A stretch of 63,010 nt of DNA, counting the filler, from Octopus bimaculoides (lineage: Eukaryota): assembly GCF_001194135.2 (NCBI RefSeq). It is 5 parts of 4 records of this genome, joined end to end, with 100 filler letters (N's around TTAATTAATTAA, not from the genome) between each part and the next. Parts side by side here need not be neighbours in the genome. Positions count along the whole stretch, not along the records: positions 58,658 to 63,010 come from NC_068989.1; 4 more parts are not named here. One strand, given 5' to 3'. The position numbers were made by a program, and so were the translations under genes. The stretch's first letter is position 1. The number at the start of each line of letters is the position of its first letter. Shown here piece after piece: positions 60,892 through 63,010 of this stretch. The notes beneath the pieces were generated by a model, which saw only the letters and a list, made by a program, of their open reading frames with translations, was not told the origin of the DNA and did not search any database.

Positions 60892-61974
60892 TTGTGTGGA
60901 TAAGTGTGTGTCTATATACATNNNNNNNNNNNNNNNNNNNNNNNNNNNNNNNNNNNNNNNNNNNNNNNNNNNNNNNNNNNNNNNNNNNNNNNNNNNNNNN
61001 NNNNNNNNNNNNNNNNNNNNNNNNNNNNNNNNNNNNNNNNNNNNNNNNNNNNNNNNNNNNNNNNNNNNNNNNNNNNNNNNNNNNNNNNNNNNNNNNNNNN
61101 NNNNNNNNNNNNNNNNNNNNNNNNNNNNNNNNNNNNNNNNNNNNNNNNNNNNNNNNNNNNNNNNNNNNNNNNNNNNNNNNNNNNNNNNNNNNNNNNNNNN
61201 NNNNNNNNNNNNNNNNNNNNNNNNNNNNNNNNNNNNNNNNNNNNNNNNNNNNNNNNNNNNNNNNNNNNNNNNNNNNNNNNNNNNNNNNNNNNNNNNNNNN
61301 NNNNNNNNNNNNNNNNNNNNNNNNNNNNNNNNNNNNNNNNNNNNNNNNNNNNNNNNNNNNNNNNNNNNNNNNNNNNNNNNNNNNNNNNNNNNNNNNNNNN
61401 NNNNNNNNNNNNNNNNNNNNNNNNNNNNNNNNNNNNNNNNNNNNNNNNNNNNNNNNNNNNNNNNNNNNNNNNNNNNNNNNNNNNNNNNNNNNNNNNNNNN
61501 NNNNNNNNNNNNNNNNNNNNNNNNNNNNNNNNNNNNNNNNNNNNNNNNNNNNNNNNNNNNNNNNNNNNNNNNNNNNNNNNNNNNNNNNNNNNNNNNNNNN
61601 NNNNNNNNNNNNNNNNNNNNNNNNNNNNNNNNNNNNNNNNNNNNNNNNNNNNNNNNNNNNNNNNNNNNNNNNNNNNNNNNNNNNNNNNNNNNNNNNNNNN
61701 NNNNNNNNNNNNNNNNNNNNNNNNNNNNNNNNNNNNNNNNNNNNNNNNNNNNNNNNNNNNNNNNNNNNNNNNNNNNNNNNNNNNNNNNNNNNNNNNNNNN
61801 NNNNNNNNNNNNNNNNNNNNNNNNNNNNNNNNNNNNNNNNNNNNNNNNNNNNNNNNNNNNNNNNNNNNNNNNNNNNNNNNNNNNNNNNNNCATACATAGA
61901 TACATACATAAATACATACATACATGCATACATACTGACATACATATATACTCAATTCAAATAAACGAATAAAC

Positions 61975-62090
61975 AAAAAACGAAGAAATACGAACGTGAG
62001 GACTTGCACAGTTAAACGTTTCGAGCGTAGCTCTTCGTCGGAAAGGCGAAAGGGAGAAATGTCCAAAGAACGAAAAGAAACCTCCAACGG
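61975..62090 (-). mobile_element. Penelope-type pLTR-like sequence with hammerhead-like motif
   Basis: Minus: CTTT-CCGACGAA-GAGC-tac-GCTC-GAAACGTT; same family as 19465-19656. Confidence 0.55.
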
Positions 62091-62109
62091 CGATTCTCCT
62101 TATATATGA

Positions 62110-62393
62110 CACTCAGTGGTGCTCAAAAGATCCAAGCAATTACTTTACCTCAACCGGTCCAGCTCTCTTTAATACCATACCAAAATACGTCAAAACGGAA
62201 ACGGATCCTATAAAATTCAAAAGTTCACTGGACAAACTTCTTCAAAAGATCCCGGACCAATCTCCTACATCCGGATATGTCTCCAACAATAATAACTCTT
62301 TGCTAGAGTGGGCCATAGTGCCACATATATGACTGGTACTATTAAGTTGGACATGGCCTGGACCTATACTGGCCGAAACCTGTCAAAGTTATC
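62110..62393 (+). mobile_element. CR1-clade LINE 3' end with UTR
   Basis: NYFTSTGPALFNTIPKYVKTETDPIKFKSSLDKLLQKIPDQSPTSGYVSNNNNSLLEWAIVPHI*. Confidence 0.8.
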
Positions 62394-63010
62394 NNNNNNN
62401 NNNATATATATATATATACACATATATGTTCATATATATATATGTGTGTGTGGTATATGTGTGTATGTGTGTGTGTATAACTATATAGTTATGCATGTAT
62501 CTATCCATGAACACATACATAGGTACATATGTATGAATGTATGTATGTGTGTGTATGTGTATTTATGTATGTATGTATGTATCTGTGCATGAATATATAT
62601 ATATATATGTGTTTGTCTGTCTGTGTGTCATGCACATATGTGTGTGAGTATGTACGAGTATGTACGAGTATGTACGTATTTACTCATTTGAGTGTGAACC
62701 GAAGTTAAAGTAATACAATATAGTTTTGGGAGTTGAAGCTATATAACTTGTTAGCCCCAGTTCATCGCCTTTCTTCCGTTCTTCCAAAATAACCGACAGA
62801 AGATCTGAAATGATAATTCTTTTTTTTTTGTTTTTTTTTTCTTTTTGTTTTAAATTCATTCTGACTCTTCTTTCGTTTTCCTGTTCCGCTATCCTCGTTG
62901 ATCGCAAATTTAGTTGGCAGAATCTAATATGGTAAATCATTCAACTGCTTCGATTAAATAAACACACACACACAATACTTCACATAACCATATATATATA
63001 TATATATATA

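Overview
This is AT-rich, microsatellite-saturated eukaryotic DNA. About 8 kb (roughly 13%) is N gaps, four of them carrying a synthetic TTAATTAATTAA scaffolding linker. The tRNA-derived SINE families and microsatellite density resemble octopus (coleoid cephalopod) DNA; this is an inference, not a database result. No complete host gene is visible, and nearly all ORFs in the supplied track are microsatellite or N-run artefacts. The window is mainly a layered transposon graveyard: four tRNA-headed SINE families (A-D, over 25 copies), decayed LINEs (R4/Dong-like with CCHC and restriction-like endonuclease, CR1, L2, Tx1/L1, RTE), Penelope-like RT and GIY-YIG fragments, Tc1 (DD34E) and maT/mariner-like transposase relics, and a Helentron-associated element. 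The most interesting signals are (1) several minimal type-I hammerhead ribozyme motifs, the best at 48681-48726 (-) with an intact catalytic core; (2) a candidate signal-peptide exon at 59218-59318 (+); and (3) unusual SINE behaviour: repeated head-to-tail dimers, insertion into an older copy of itself, an internal microsatellite, and inverted pairs. All family assignments come from manual translation and motif recognition only.
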